A stretch of DNA of 64,000 nt from Amoebidium appalachense (lineage: Eukaryota > Protista > Ichthyosporea), in NCBI GenBank assembly GCA_963693365.1, contig CAVNZM010000002.1, positions 15,099,615 through 15,163,614 on the forward strand, given 5' to 3'. A model generated the notes under the pieces. That model was given only the letters and a program-made list of their open reading frames with translations. It was not told where the DNA came from and did not search any database. How positions within the stretch are numbered: the first letter of the stretch is position 1; each line of letters begins with the position of its first letter. The position numbers and the translations under genes were made by a program. Below, one piece after another: positions 40,795-64,000 of this stretch.

Positions 40795-41068
40795 GCCCGT
40801 CACAGAGACTTCACTGAGTGTACAACGGGTGGTTGTGTTGTGTTATCCTGGCCCAACCAGAATATATAAACTACCTCCCCGACCTAATATATCTGTTGAA
40901 ATTACTTAGCAGTTTAGCCTATATAGAGTACTTACTCTTTTCTCAGCATTACACGCCTTTAGGGTTGGTGGTGGCGTTTTCAACTAATCATCTAGATCTT
41001 CCCGGACACCGCATGAACACTACCTTCCCATGTTGCGAACAACACAAACCAAGAAAACAATCAAGAAA

Positions 41069-41479
41069 ATGCCTTGGTTCGTCTACACCATACTCGTGCT
41101 CAGCATAGGCTCTTGCTCCGCTCTTCCGACCGCCAAGCCCACCCCTACCGCTCCCGTTATACCTCACCCCCGCATATTTAACGGAAGACCTGATCCTTCA
41201 GGACATCCTTGGCTAGGATCTCTATGGGTTAGACCTAAGAACGATCCTGGATTTCTGCCCATGATATGTTCAGTTTCATTTCTTAATTCTAGATGGGCTC
41301 TTACTGCTGCCCATTGCCTGTCGAAATTCGAAGATGCGGAGGAGATCATGGTGCTTTATGGAAACTCAAACTTCGTGACGGAGGTGAGCCGCACAGCAGA
41401 TCAAGAGTAGGCGCATGTGATCACACAAACGGACTGAGAGAGGGAGGGAGGGAGGGAGAGGGAGAGAGAGAGAGAAAGA

Positions 41480-41518
<39 letters not shown>

Positions 41519-42502
41519 GGAGAGAAAGAGGGGAAGAGGAGAGGGGGAGGAGGGAGGGAGAACTAGAGACTGCGTGAGAGTGAGAGAGAGAAGACAGAGG
41601 CACACACAGTTTGCATATGCAGAAGGAAACGGGCAGGCAGGGTTAAGAGGACGTGATGGGTTGGGGGAGGGGGGAGGGGTTTGTGCCACTGCGGGAGTGC
41701 TACGAGTTGGAAGTCTGGCCAAGCAAAGCAAACACCTCTGATGGATGGTGGGATGTGTTGTTAGGGGTTGTGGTTGGGGGTGGCGGGGGTGGTCTCAGAA
41801 AGGAGTGAGAGGCAAAAGGGAATGATTTTGCACGTGGGGTGATGGTGCCTATGTTTGCTTGGTTGTCTTATTTTCCTTTCTTCCAAGTTACCATCACTAC
41901 TCATTTGCACACATAGAAACTAACACACTCCACTGCAGCGCTTTCAGAACGTTACCGTAACCAGCACCATCATCCATCCAACATTTACAGAGGACGAACG
42001 TGGCCAAGTTTTTGGCCACGACATCATGCTTCTGAAATTCGCTACGGACGTTGGCGTGAGCGAGTTCATGAATCTAAACACGGGAAAGAGGTTGGAATTA
42101 CCAGGCACACCTTTACGAGTGGTTGGTTGGGGGGCGGTAGAAGAGCCCCTGGCCGGGGAATTCACTAGTAGGCCACTTGTTCCGATGGAATTACAGGCGG
42201 TAGACATCAGCATGTTACCAAAAAGGGAGTGCCAAAAGGAGTTAGGGAGTGAGTTTGAACCCGAGGCGAATGTTTGTGCAGGCAACAGCGCAGGAACAAA
42301 GGATGCGTGCATGGGAGACAGCGGGGGGCCACTTTTTTCGGTGAAAACGAGCACGAATTGTCAGGTCGGACTAGTAAGTTTTGGCCCCCAGGGGAGCTGC
42401 AATAAGAAATATCCCGGAAAACGGTTGGGTGCTTATGCAGTTGTGTCGGCGGTAGTCCCGTGGATCGAGAGTAAGGGAGTCACAGTTGGGACTTGCGAAT
42501 AG
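41069..42502 (+). CDS. Secreted trypsin-like serine protease (S1A), 2 exons (41069-41383, 41939-42502)
   Basis: Signal peptide MPWFVYTILVLSIGSCSA; activation site PR|IFNG; WALTAAHC (His), GHDIMLLK (Asp), KDACMGDSGGPL (Ser; S1 Asp indicates trypsin specificity), VVGWG, QVGLVSFG. Branch point ACTAAC lies before the acceptor. Confidence 0.95.
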
Positions 42503-43588
42503 GTGGAGAAAGTGATACCCACTAACCAATCTTCAAAAGAATTTGCTTTTGCTAATAGAAGTGCCTTCTGAAAGAAAGGGGGGAACTCTGTAAATACCGT
42601 AGCACACTTCTTAGATAATTGGAATTGTTAGAATCGTGTCTGTGTGCTCATTAACGTAAAAAATTTAATAACTTTCGTGAGTTCAGAAGAAATTCTCTTG
42701 TAGAGCCTGTACATACAACCTTTCTCAAAAACTCCAACAGCCGCTGTGATGTTGTTGCCTGGATCTTGCGATGTTTCGTAGACTACATAGATTCTGTTTT
42801 CTCGCTTGATGTCACTTACATAGGTTTTTCGCCGAAACCCAGCAGTAAGCAATAAATAACAAATGTTTTTTAGAGGTTGAAAATAAAAAACGGAACACTT
42901 CTATACTTTGAAAATATCATGCATGGATGGTTTGTCACAGACCAAGCATATTAGCTAGAGGTGCTGGGACTATGGGACATAACAATAGCAACTCGTGTGC
43001 ACCAGGATGTGTGGGCATCTGAAGCTCAGGAAAAGGCAGGCAAGACGGTATGAAATGAAAAAAAGCTACATACATTGGACAGTGAAGCTTGGTCACGGAT
43101 GACATTGTTTTCGGTCAAGGCTTCTCAGTCCAGTATTCACAATCGTCACACACACACACACATGGCTCACGTCACGGCGCCGGCCCTCTTGAGGACCACA
43201 CTCACGTACACCCGATTACGTCATACAAGGATTTGATTGGCTTTCAAACAATGGGGGCTCAGACGTGTGAGTGGTGCTGGCCATGGTGGCACAGAAACGA
43301 GAGTCTTGATCATGAGGTGAGAACGGGGAATGAGGTCATGAATTCATGAGGTGAAACGAAACCCGATATAGGGTAAGCTATAAACAGAAATTTTGGGTGT
43401 GTGTGCGCACGGGCCGTGTGCGTGTTGGTTGCTGTTAGTCGAGCACCGCTTTTTGTAGCCTACTCTTTCCACACAGGCACTGCAACGGGGAGACGTTCTC
43501 GGTATCCAGGATCTGAGCGTGTCACTCTGAGGTTTTCCAGGTTGCTCATACTCACGCGCACAAACGCAGAGAGCGTGCGTGTGGACTG

Positions 43589-44550
43589 ATGGGTGGAAGC
43601 AGCAGCGACTCCGACGGCGGAGGTAACCTCCCCTCCCCCCCCCCCCCCCCCCCCTCCCTGCTCCCCACCACCACCACCACCAACTACTCGCTCTTTCTCC
43701 CCCCCCCCCCCCCCCCCCCCCCCGTTCTCTCGGGAAGCAAGCCCCCCCCCCCCCCCCCCTCCCCCCGGCCCCTTTCAGGTGCCCGTGGCCACCAACTTCT
43801 CCCTTTATGCCCCCACTCCTTGCCTTTTCGTCTCACATACTTTTTGCGTCTTTGTCTGTTATTTGAAGCTTTACCTAGATTACATGTCTCCCTTCTTGCT
43901 TCGAGGGATCTTGAACCTGGCCTTGCCAGCAACTGCTCAGCTGAGTTGGTTATTGATTACTGCTTGCGCGACCTCTGATCGAACATGGTGGTGATTTCTT
44001 TGTTTTACAGAGGTCGCAGCACACTCACACCGAGTCTAACCTTTTTAATTGTGTTGCTTGAGATATTTTTGTTTGCACCAGTTCATGCTGCAATATGCCG
44101 TCCTAAGAGATTGCATGGGGAAGCAAATGGGGCATTTGGAATTACTAACTTTAATTAGAATAATGTGCAAATGAAGTGTGGGGGATCGCACAAAAACGAA
44201 CGTCTCCTACTCCTGCATGACATGTTTATGGTCAAAGTAGAGCGAATGCTGCGTCTGGAGGCACTTATTCTTCTGCTCATGTTCTAGAGTTTCCACTCTC
44301 GTGTGCAGAAGAGGTGCCAAGGAATCAATGGATAACGTGCCACCTGTCTTCGTGAGAAAATAGCAGAGTCGATCTGTTCGTACAGCGGCTTAAGATCAAG
44401 TCATGATGTACAAGCTAGCCCAGTATTAGTTTGGTTTGTGGCTTATCAGTGCTTTAGTGCTGTAATGAACGAGTATATACACGCTTATCATACTTTTCAC
44501 GTTCTGACAGGTTATCAGCCTAAGGGAAAGAAGGACAAAGGTTGACCTGC

Positions 44551-44581
<31 letters not shown>

Positions 44582-44595
44582 CCCCCGTTCCCCCC

Positions 44596-44642
<47 letters not shown>

Positions 44643-44888
44643 ACGCCCCTCCTACTTTCACGTTCTGACCCCCATCCATAGCGGGATGTACATTCACGCA
44701 TTCCTTCTTTGTGTGCAACCTCTTGTGATTTGTCATGCTATCATGGGCTGGTGATTTATGCTTCAGTGGTGCTTCGGACTGCCCCCCGCCCCCATATATA
44801 TACTAATGCAAAATGCCAGATTGATAGAACACTGATGAAGCAGACACCTTTTTGTTGTCCTGTAGCCCATGTAGGCATTTCTCTATTT

Positions 44889-44928
<40 letters not shown>

Positions 44929-45182
44929 CCCCCCCCCCCCCCCCCCCCCAACGCACACAAACATACATGCGGGTGCACACTCGTGCACACACACGCACAC
45001 ACGTACTCACACCTGCACGTACATACAGACACACGGGTGTGTGTGCACACACACACACCAACATACACACACACACACATTCATGCACACACACGCGTCG
45101 CTCGTACGCACATGCACACTCGCACGCGCGCACACACACACGCATGCACGCACGCACACACACACACACACACACACACTCC

Positions 45183-45215
<33 letters not shown>

Positions 45216-47097
45216 GCGCACTCACTCACTCACTCCCTCACACACACACACACACACACATGCTTCTCTCCACGTTTTCCTGCTTGGTGGATTCTCCAGC
45301 AGAAGGGACACTGAGTCACATTCATGTGTCATTACATTCCCCTTTGTTATCTGTTGGTTGCATATGAACTCACACCACCAAATGCATGCAGGGTATAAGA
45401 AGGAGAAGATGGGGAAAAAGAACGGTGGTGGTGGCGACCTTTTCAACGCATACATGGCCTTCCGCCAACAACCGGGTACACCCCCCCCCGGCCCTTCAGC
45501 CACCTGCTCCACCCACGGAAGAAAATAGGAGGGAATCAGGTAAAAAAGAAGGGAAGGGAGATGGTTGAATGACAGGTGCAGGGGGGGGAAAAAACGACTA
45601 TAAAAGCCAGGTGGAAGCATGTCGAAACATACTACCTCTCCCCCTCCCCCTCCCCCCCCTCCCCGCGCCCCCCTCCCCTTCCTCTTCCCCTTACCAACGG
45701 GGGCAAGAGTCAAAACCATGAGAGTGCAAGAGAACTACTCTTTTTCAGGGGGGGAGGGGAGGGGGAAGGGGGGGGGGGGGGGAGGGGGGGTGCCTGTGTG
45801 TGGAGAGGGTGGGGGATTCGTTTTACTGCCACAGGACCCATATTTCTCACGTGTACACGTACCAACCCCCTTCCCCCTGAGTACACCACACATACCAAAG
45901 AAGCACATAAAGACATAAATGTATCGGTTCCTTTTTTTTTATGTTTTTGTGGCAATTTTTCCACCAGGATCCCCCCCCCCCCCCCATCTCACACCTTTTC
46001 TTCTCGACCCATGGCTTGCTTTGTCCATCCCCCCTCCCCCCTCCCCCCTCCCCCCTCTCCGGTTTCCCTGCTCTACACCCAACCCCCTTCTCACCCTTTA
46101 ACCCATGCAGCGGAGGAAACCAGTTTTGCCTCCCAGCAGCAAGCGGAGTCTAAAGATTCAATGGACACATCAAGGATGGACAGAAACGGAGACACAGACA
46201 CACACATGGAGGGAGGGTCTAGCATGGGGAAGAAGGAGGAGAAAAAGCAATGAAAAAGGAGAAGAAAGACAGCAAGAAAATGGCCAAAAAGGCGTTGAAA
46301 GCAGCAAAGAAACAGGCCAAGTTGGCCCTCAAGATGGTCGAAACAGAGGAGGCCAAGGCCAAGCTGGAGGTGATCAGGCTCAAGAAACTACCTCTATACT
46401 ATGATGATGACGTCAGCACGGAGGAGATTATGGCTGACATTGCAAAGGCTGTACGTGTACAACCCCCCTCCCCCCCCCCCTCCCCGCCCCCCCTCCCCCC
46501 CGCTCACCCCCTGACCCCCCTTCCCCCGTCCCCCCTCCACCTGCGCCTGCCCCCGTCCCCGTCCCCCCCTCCATGTGGTCTTTGTGCTCTGTAAACACTT
46601 CTTAATCCCCTTCCCCCCTCCCCCCCCCCCAACCCACCCACCCCCCGGGCCCCCATCCTCTCCCCCTCCCTTCACTCGCCAGTCTTGCACACACGTCGTT
46701 CTTGACGATGGCCTCTGCCTATGTTGCATACTGCGCTCGTTTTCTTATACTGCATACTTGAATGATTGTTTTTGCATGTGTCCTACGGTTTGTCTCATTT
46801 CATTGTAGTTGTACTTCGTACTGTATTCTTTGTTCTAACCGGCCCCCCCTCCCCCCCCCCCTCCCCCCCCTCCCCCCTCCCCCCTCCCCCCCCTCTCCGC
46901 TCCCTCCCCCCAACCCCCCTCCCCTCCTCCCCTCCTCTCCTCCCCCCCCCCCCCCCTCTTTCTCTCTTTCTCCCCCCCCCCCCCTCCCCCGCCCTTTTCT
47001 CTCTGTCCAGCGCAAGTGGACGTCCATCCAGGTGGCGTCAGACATGCGCTCACTGGTCCACAACAGACTCAGCACGGCAGGGGACCTCCGCGCCCTG

Positions 47098-47160
<63 letters not shown>

Positions 47161-47777
47161 CGCGCGCCACACATTTAAGGGGGGTGAGAGTAGAAGGGCA
47201 GGGAGGATGGGGGGGAGGTGTGGGAAGGATTTAGACGAATAGGAAAGGCATGACTTAATGGTCACATCAGCATTGATGGTGAAGACCGGATTTTCATACC
47301 GCAGGAGAGGGGGAAGGGGGGAGGGGTAGGGGGAGGAGATACGGAAAATGAATCCAAACAAAACATCAGTGTGGCCTTTGTTGCAAATGTGCAAGCGCAC
47401 GTCCGCACGCACACAGGCACCTAATTCCTAATTTTTCATTTGCTCAGCCTATTCACATTCATGCTCACACGCAAACTCACATGCATGCAGGCACGAAAGC
47501 ACTCGAACACACAAACACACACATACACACACACACTCTCTCTCTGTATATGTCTCTGCCTCTCTATCTTTTTCTCTCTCTTTGCTCTCTGCGAACACCC
47601 ACACATGTGGGCGGGTGCAGTTACTTGCATGTTCTTGCTTTCACATTGGCAAGCACATGTGCACCTGCCTGCACATCCACCGCCCACTTTATCAACACGT
47701 TCACACAAACACCCATGCACACGCGCACATACACACACATGCACACACTCACATACCTCACATGCACGCATACACAC

Positions 47778-47825
<48 letters not shown>

Positions 47826-47940
47826 ACGAGAGACACATACAGAGATAACACACAACGCACACACGCATCCAGAGGAGACACACATAAAGAGACACATGCA
47901 CACATCCATAACACACACACACGCACACACGCACACGCAT

Positions 47941-48029
<89 letters not shown>

Positions 48030-48226
48030 GCCGAGTCATGGCAGATTGTAGAGCTTCTGCCCCTTGTCAAGGATTTGATTAAAAAAGCTCTGGACCGCCG
48101 CATCGATGATGGTGCCCCCCCCCCCCCCCCCTCCCCCCCCCCCCTCCCCCCTCCCCGCCCTGCGCCTGCCCCCCGCGGATGTGTGCTTCGTATTCTATAC
48201 CGTGTTCCCCCCCTCCCTCCCCCCCC

Positions 48227-48259
<33 letters not shown>

Positions 48260-48447
48260 ATCCCCACACACATACCCTTTCCAAAGGTGCATACTCTTTG
48301 TGTGATTTCCAATCTGCACTGTTTTATCCGTCATGTGTATTTTGTACTCTTGTAGCACATTCTAGACCTGCATACACACCCACACCCACACACACTCGGG
48401 GTAAACAATGCTCATGTTCGGTTTGCTAATTAGTGTAATCCTTTCTC

Positions 48448-48504
<57 letters not shown>

Positions 48505-48700
48505 AGTCGGGGGGTAATCAATGTTCGTGGCCGTTATGCTAATATTAGTTGTGTGTTTCTTCATACAGTTGCTTTGTTGGTCTTGAGGGTGTTTGTTTGT
48601 GGGCAAGCGGTATGGGAGCGGGATCTCCTACTCTCAGACATGCACACAACGGACAACCTTGTGTGTGTGTGTGTGTTCTGGTGGGAGGAGGGGAGGAAGA

Positions 48701-48731
<31 letters not shown>

Positions 48732-49046
48732 TTGGGGAATGTGTGTGGGTGTGGGTGTGGGTGTGGGTGGGTGGGTGGGTAAGTGGGTGGGTGGGTGGGT
48801 GTTTTTTGGGTGTGCGTGTGTATGTGTTTGTTGGGTGTGCGTGTGTATGTGTTTGTTGGGTGGGTGGGTGGGTGGGGGGAGGGGGGGGGGGGGGAGGGGG
48901 GAGACGGGATTATAATTCAATTTTTGTGGTTGCTATTGTTCTGCGTGGGTCTGTTGTGTATGTGTTTAAGTGGCAGGGGCGGCCGAGAGGGGACGGGGGG
49001 GGGGGAGGGGGGAGGGGATGGAGGGTATGTGTCTGTGTGTGTGTGT

Positions 49047-49103
<57 letters not shown>

Positions 49104-50471
49104 TGCGGCAATTCCGAAACAAGAAATGTTACATACACAGTCATGGCTGACACTTTGGGTGCAGGGTCTGGGCTTGATCTCGAGTGTGAGTCCTCTTCTT
49201 CATCTTCCTCCTCGTCCAGTGGGGAGGAGTGTGAGGGGGTGGAGACGGAACAGGCACTGCCCAGGTGTGTGTGTGTGTGTGTGTGTGTCTGTCTGTGTAG
49301 GTGTGGGTGTGTGATGGGGTGTGTGTGTGTGATGGGGGGTGGAGGGGGGGGGGGGGGGGGGGGGGGGAGGGGGCGGGGGGATATGGGTGTGGGTATGAGT
49401 GTGGGTGTGGGTGTCTGTGTTGCCGCTTGAGGGGAGGGGAATGAGTGTGTGTTGGTGTGTGTATTGTGTTGTGTGTGCTGGTGGTGGTGGTGTGTCGGTG
49501 TGTGCGTGAGGAGGGGAGGGGGAGGGGGTGGGGTGAGGGTGGAGGCTGGCATGGGCGGCATGATTGGCCCCCGGGGTGGTGCCGGGGTGTGTGTGTGTTT
49601 GGATGTGATGTGTTGTGGAGGATTTGGTGAGTTAGGGAGGGGGATTTAAAGGGGGAGGGTGTGTGTGTGTTTGTGTGGGAGGAGGAGGGGGGTGGGGGGT
49701 GGGGGGGAGTGGGGGGGGGGGGGGAGCGACTGGTATATGCTTTTGTATGCCTACCTCCCTGCCTGCCTTTTGTTGAACTATGGTTGTGAGCGAAAATGTG
49801 GGATCGCCGGTGAGTAGATGTGGCAAGGGGTTGGAAAAACCAGCATAGGCCAGGTGGTCCAGGGAAAGGAAAAGGGGGGGGGGGGGGGGGGGGGGGGGGG
49901 GAGGGGGGGGGGGGGGGAGGGGGGGGAGGGGGGGGGGGGATGGTCCTGTCTGGTTGTTGACAATGTTTCTGCAGTGAGGTGGGTAGCCGGCGACTGAATG
50001 GGCTGAATGGGACTGGAGAGAGTGCAGTGCCCAAAATGGCAAAGACGAGCAGGGGCAATAGGATGACGGTCAAGAACGATAGGGACGGCAAGATGTATGA
50101 GGTCGATAGGTACTGCCCACACAAGGGGGTGGATATGATGGGGGTACGTGCATGTGTGTACGTGTCTGTGTGTGTGGGGGGGGGGGGGTGGGTGGGGGGA
50201 TGGGTGGGGAGGGTTGGGGGGGGGAAGGGGGGGGGAGTGGGTGGGGGGAGGGGGGAGTGGGTGGGTGGGTGGGTGGGTGGGTGGGTCGGTAGGTGGGGCG
50301 AGGGGGGATGGTAGGTGGATGGGTGGGTCTACTAGATGACTAGATGATGGGAGGGGGATAGGTGCACGTTTGGAGATCGAGGGAGGAGGGGGGGGAGGGG
50401 GGGGAGGGGGGTTTGGCAGAGGTAAATGGGTGGGTAGAACAGTTCTGGCGGCTTCAAGGTATGTGTGTGCG

Positions 50472-50528
<57 letters not shown>

Positions 50529-50829
50529 AGGGGGGGGGTCGAGTTTTGATGTGCGCTTATTAAAAAATGCGATTCCCTCAAAATGGGTGGGGGTGGGGGT
50601 AGGAGAAGGGGGGGGGGGGGGGGGGGGGGGGGAGGCAGCCGTCGATTCCCATTTCTTTTGTCCCTCCTCTGTGCTCCCTTTCAGGCCTAACCATGCCCGT
50701 TTCCAACACTTATCCATGTTCTCTTGCCTCTTCCCTTGCTAAGGCTCCTCTTGCCTGCCGCTGTATGCTCATTGGCCGTTCGAATTCTCATCTTTTGTTT
50801 CACTCACACTCTTCCTGGTGTCGTTCATA

Positions 50830-50860
<31 letters not shown>

Positions 50861-50997
50861 ACCACCACCACCACCACCATTATCACCAAAAAAAAGAGAG
50901 AGAGAGAGAGAGAGAAAGGACAAAAGAAAATGCACACACGCACATGCACACGCACCAGTGCACACACACACACACACACATCTATACACACATGCGT

Positions 50998-51057
<60 letters not shown>

Positions 51058-51223
51058 TACCGCACACCCTGCAACTTCCCAGAAGTCACAGGTGCGCAAC
51101 GGTCAGCTGATCTGCCTCAAGCACGACTGGGAGTTTGATTTAACTGGGGGGGGCATGTGCCGCAAGAAGGGCAAATCAATCAATGCTGTGTGCTTGGGGG
51201 CTAATCCTGCTCTACAGTGGTAG
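43589..51223 (+). CDS. Rieske [2Fe-2S] domain protein with Lys-rich segment and SAM-like helical domain, 8 exons, one apparent frameshift
   Basis: Approximate exons 43589-43622, 45391-45474, 46111-46450, 47011-47099, 48029-48111, 49141-49264, 49975-50143 and 51083-51223. The Rieske ligands are [14 protein letters not shown]|..[12 protein letters not shown] (CxH...CxxH). The central domain reads [72 protein letters not shown] -1 shift is needed at 46242-46253. Confidence 0.8.
46675..46838 (+). mobile_element. Diverged copy of the poly(C)-terminated element
   Basis: TCGTTCTTGACGA-TGGCCTCTGCCTATGTTGCATACTG...GCATACTTGAATG..TTTGCATGTGTCCT...TGTACTTCGTACTGTATTCTTTGTTCTAA+C-run. It is colinear with the 24-kb units. 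Confidence 0.8.
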
Positions 51224-52174
51224 TGTTGCATAGTAGACATATGCACTGAGGTACACGTGACATGTGCACACATAATACGCACCTGGACACATTAAAAGTA
51301 TATGCATTCTGCATAGGTACATATTTGTGCACGCACATGCAAACACGTGCACACATGAACGTGATGCATACCAAAAGCACACACGTTATCTATAGACGGA
51401 CAGAGCATGCACAACCTAAGAACCCTGAGCACACAGTGTACATGTGCAGAATGCATGGTGGTATGTCGCAGTGTACGGTTGTATACTCACAGTAGGATGA
51501 AGGCATTAGTGTGCACATAGGGGCCTAACTACACAATGTCATATGATTTAGAACAGGCGAGAGAGTGCAAGTATGGAATTTTATACTAGGTTGTATTATG
51601 TACAAATATGGTTGGCTGTGCTAGGGAGGGAAAGCCATATACATGTTTTTGATTAGTTCAGAGGTAGACGTACGTATGGAGTTAGCAGGCTGGAGAGTTT
51701 ATTGGTTATTCTTGTACACGTGTACTGACCTTGATATGCAACCTTCACACAAAGTAAAACACAGGCAAATACACGGTGCCTGCTCAGAAAAAAAAATACT
51801 TGTATAACAAGGATATGTATCATATATGCATGTTCGTTTGGATATCCCTGTTCATCTTGATGACTGGATTTCTGGACTAACTGTGGCGGTGTTAGTTATG
51901 AATCACTTGCAATGCACCGTTCATGCATATGTTCATGCATATATATGTCCACATCTGAGTTCGAACAGGTAGAAAAAGGTTTTGCACAAAATACGCCCAT
52001 ACCACTTCTAGCATACACTGCGTCAATCAGAACACAGGCGTGCATACACGTAGATGTGATGTGCAAAAGAATCCTGACTTGCTTCTGTGTGCTTTTCTCT
52101 CTGATAATCATTCAGTACGTTGAATTTGGTTTCCTAAGCTTAAGTGATCTAACCATGACCCGATTGATCCCAGA

Positions 52175-52210
<36 letters not shown>

Positions 52211-52269
52211 ATCTCCCCCTCCCCCCCCCTCCGGGGAAGCCCCTCTGAACTGCATGACATACACAAACA

Positions 52270-52395
52270 CACACACACATATGTACACAAACACACCGTC
52301 GTACACAGGGACACCACGGTACTGACAATCAACACACACACACATGTACACAAACACACCGTCGTACACAGGGACACCACGGTACTGACAATCAA
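52270..52395 (+). repeat. ~62-bp tandem duplication
   Basis: ATGTACACAAACACACCGTCGTACACAGGGACACCACGGTACTGACAATCAA occurs twice. Confidence 0.9.
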
Positions 52396-52427
52396 AAACA
52401 CACGTGACACACATACACACACCGTGG

Positions 52428-52477
<50 letters not shown>

Positions 52478-53063
52478 AACATACACGTGTTCACCTGACG
52501 TCCCGGACATTTGCATGGGCTGTAATTACTTACATCCATCATGCGTGCCCGGGTCATTCTGCCGGGCGCGCACCGCCGGCACGTCGACGCCTCGGCGCTC
52601 TCGTCCGCGCGCACGGCCGCGCTGTACATGTAGCTCTGTGCTGTATCATACGTGTGCTTTCTGCAGGGTTACAACACCACAAACACGTCCATCTATGATG
52701 CGATGGATTGAATTTTCACGCCCCGGTTTGTGCGAGCCTTTGAAGTGATTGGTTCACACGGCATCAGTGACGTCAAACGAAATTTAACGCCGAGTCCAGT
52801 GCGGCGGGGGCGGGCCACCGGTGCTTTCAAATATTTGCCGTGAGAAGTTTTTTTTGCAGGAATATTACTACACATGCATAAGAGGAGAATAGAACTAAAG
52901 AATAGGCTCCACACAACACTTGAGCAGTGAAATCGTGTAGATAAAACCGAGCTGTAGGTAAAAAACAGCATCTGTGTGCATGAGGTGTTGAGTTGCGTGG
53001 GGGGATACTCCTAAGCCCAGTTTCACGTTAAGTACACGAACACCTATCCGCTCACTGCACACG

Positions 53064-53219
53064 GTGACTTTGTGCTCTGCCTACGGGAACTCAATACCGT
53101 GACTCCACGCTAGAGAAATATATTTCTTAGTGCTGTACTAAGCCACACTTTTTTCGTTGATTATAGACTGCATTGGTGCACCTTCGTCTACTTTTGTGGA
53201 CCGGGGAGCACAAAGTCAC
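53064..53219. mobile_element. Possible MITE (156 bp, 14-bp inverted termini) just upstream of the mitoguardin ATG
   Basis: GTGACTTTGTGCTC ... GAGCACAAAGTCAC is a perfect inverted repeat. No clear TSD. Confidence 0.4.
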
Positions 53220-53293
53220 TAAGAGTCCAGAACCCTCTGAATACTTTATCTTTTGCCTGGTGCTTAAGTAGACGCTCGGAATTGCACGCAGTC

Positions 53294-63972
<10,679 letters not shown>

Positions 63973-64000
63973 GTGCCTATACCCCCCCCTCCCCCCCCCC

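Overview
Eukaryotic genomic DNA that is intron-rich and saturated with poly(C)/poly(G), (CA)n/(GT)n and (GA)n tracts. Almost all entries in the ORF track are repeat artefacts, so real genes had to be assembled by hand from GT-AG exons with matching phases. Seven + strand genes result: (1) a probable Dsn1/Mis13 kinetochore protein, (2) a small dehydrin/LEA-like protein, (3) a 15-exon type-I membrane protein with signal peptide + bacterial-type Ca-dependent PI-PLC + TSP1 repeat + TM helix + PPxY/EPIYA-like tail, (4) a METTL21/Methyltransf_16 lysine methyltransferase, (5) a secreted trypsin, (6) a Rieske [2Fe-2S] protein with a helical SAM-like domain, and (7) mitoguardin (MIGA), which runs off the right end. 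MIGA, TSP1 and the Tyr motifs suggest an opisthokont, probably a unicellular holozoan (inference only). Mobile DNA includes a 2.16-kb hAT-type element with TIRs and an 8-bp TSD, and a dispersed family of about 12 variably 5'-truncated retroelement-like 3' ends that all terminate in, and sit inside, poly(C) tracts. The most novel candidates are the PI-PLC/TSP1 receptor-like protein, the poly(C)-targeting retroelement, the non-plant dehydrin and the microsatellite-defined intron architecture. No database searches were run; family calls come from recognised motifs.
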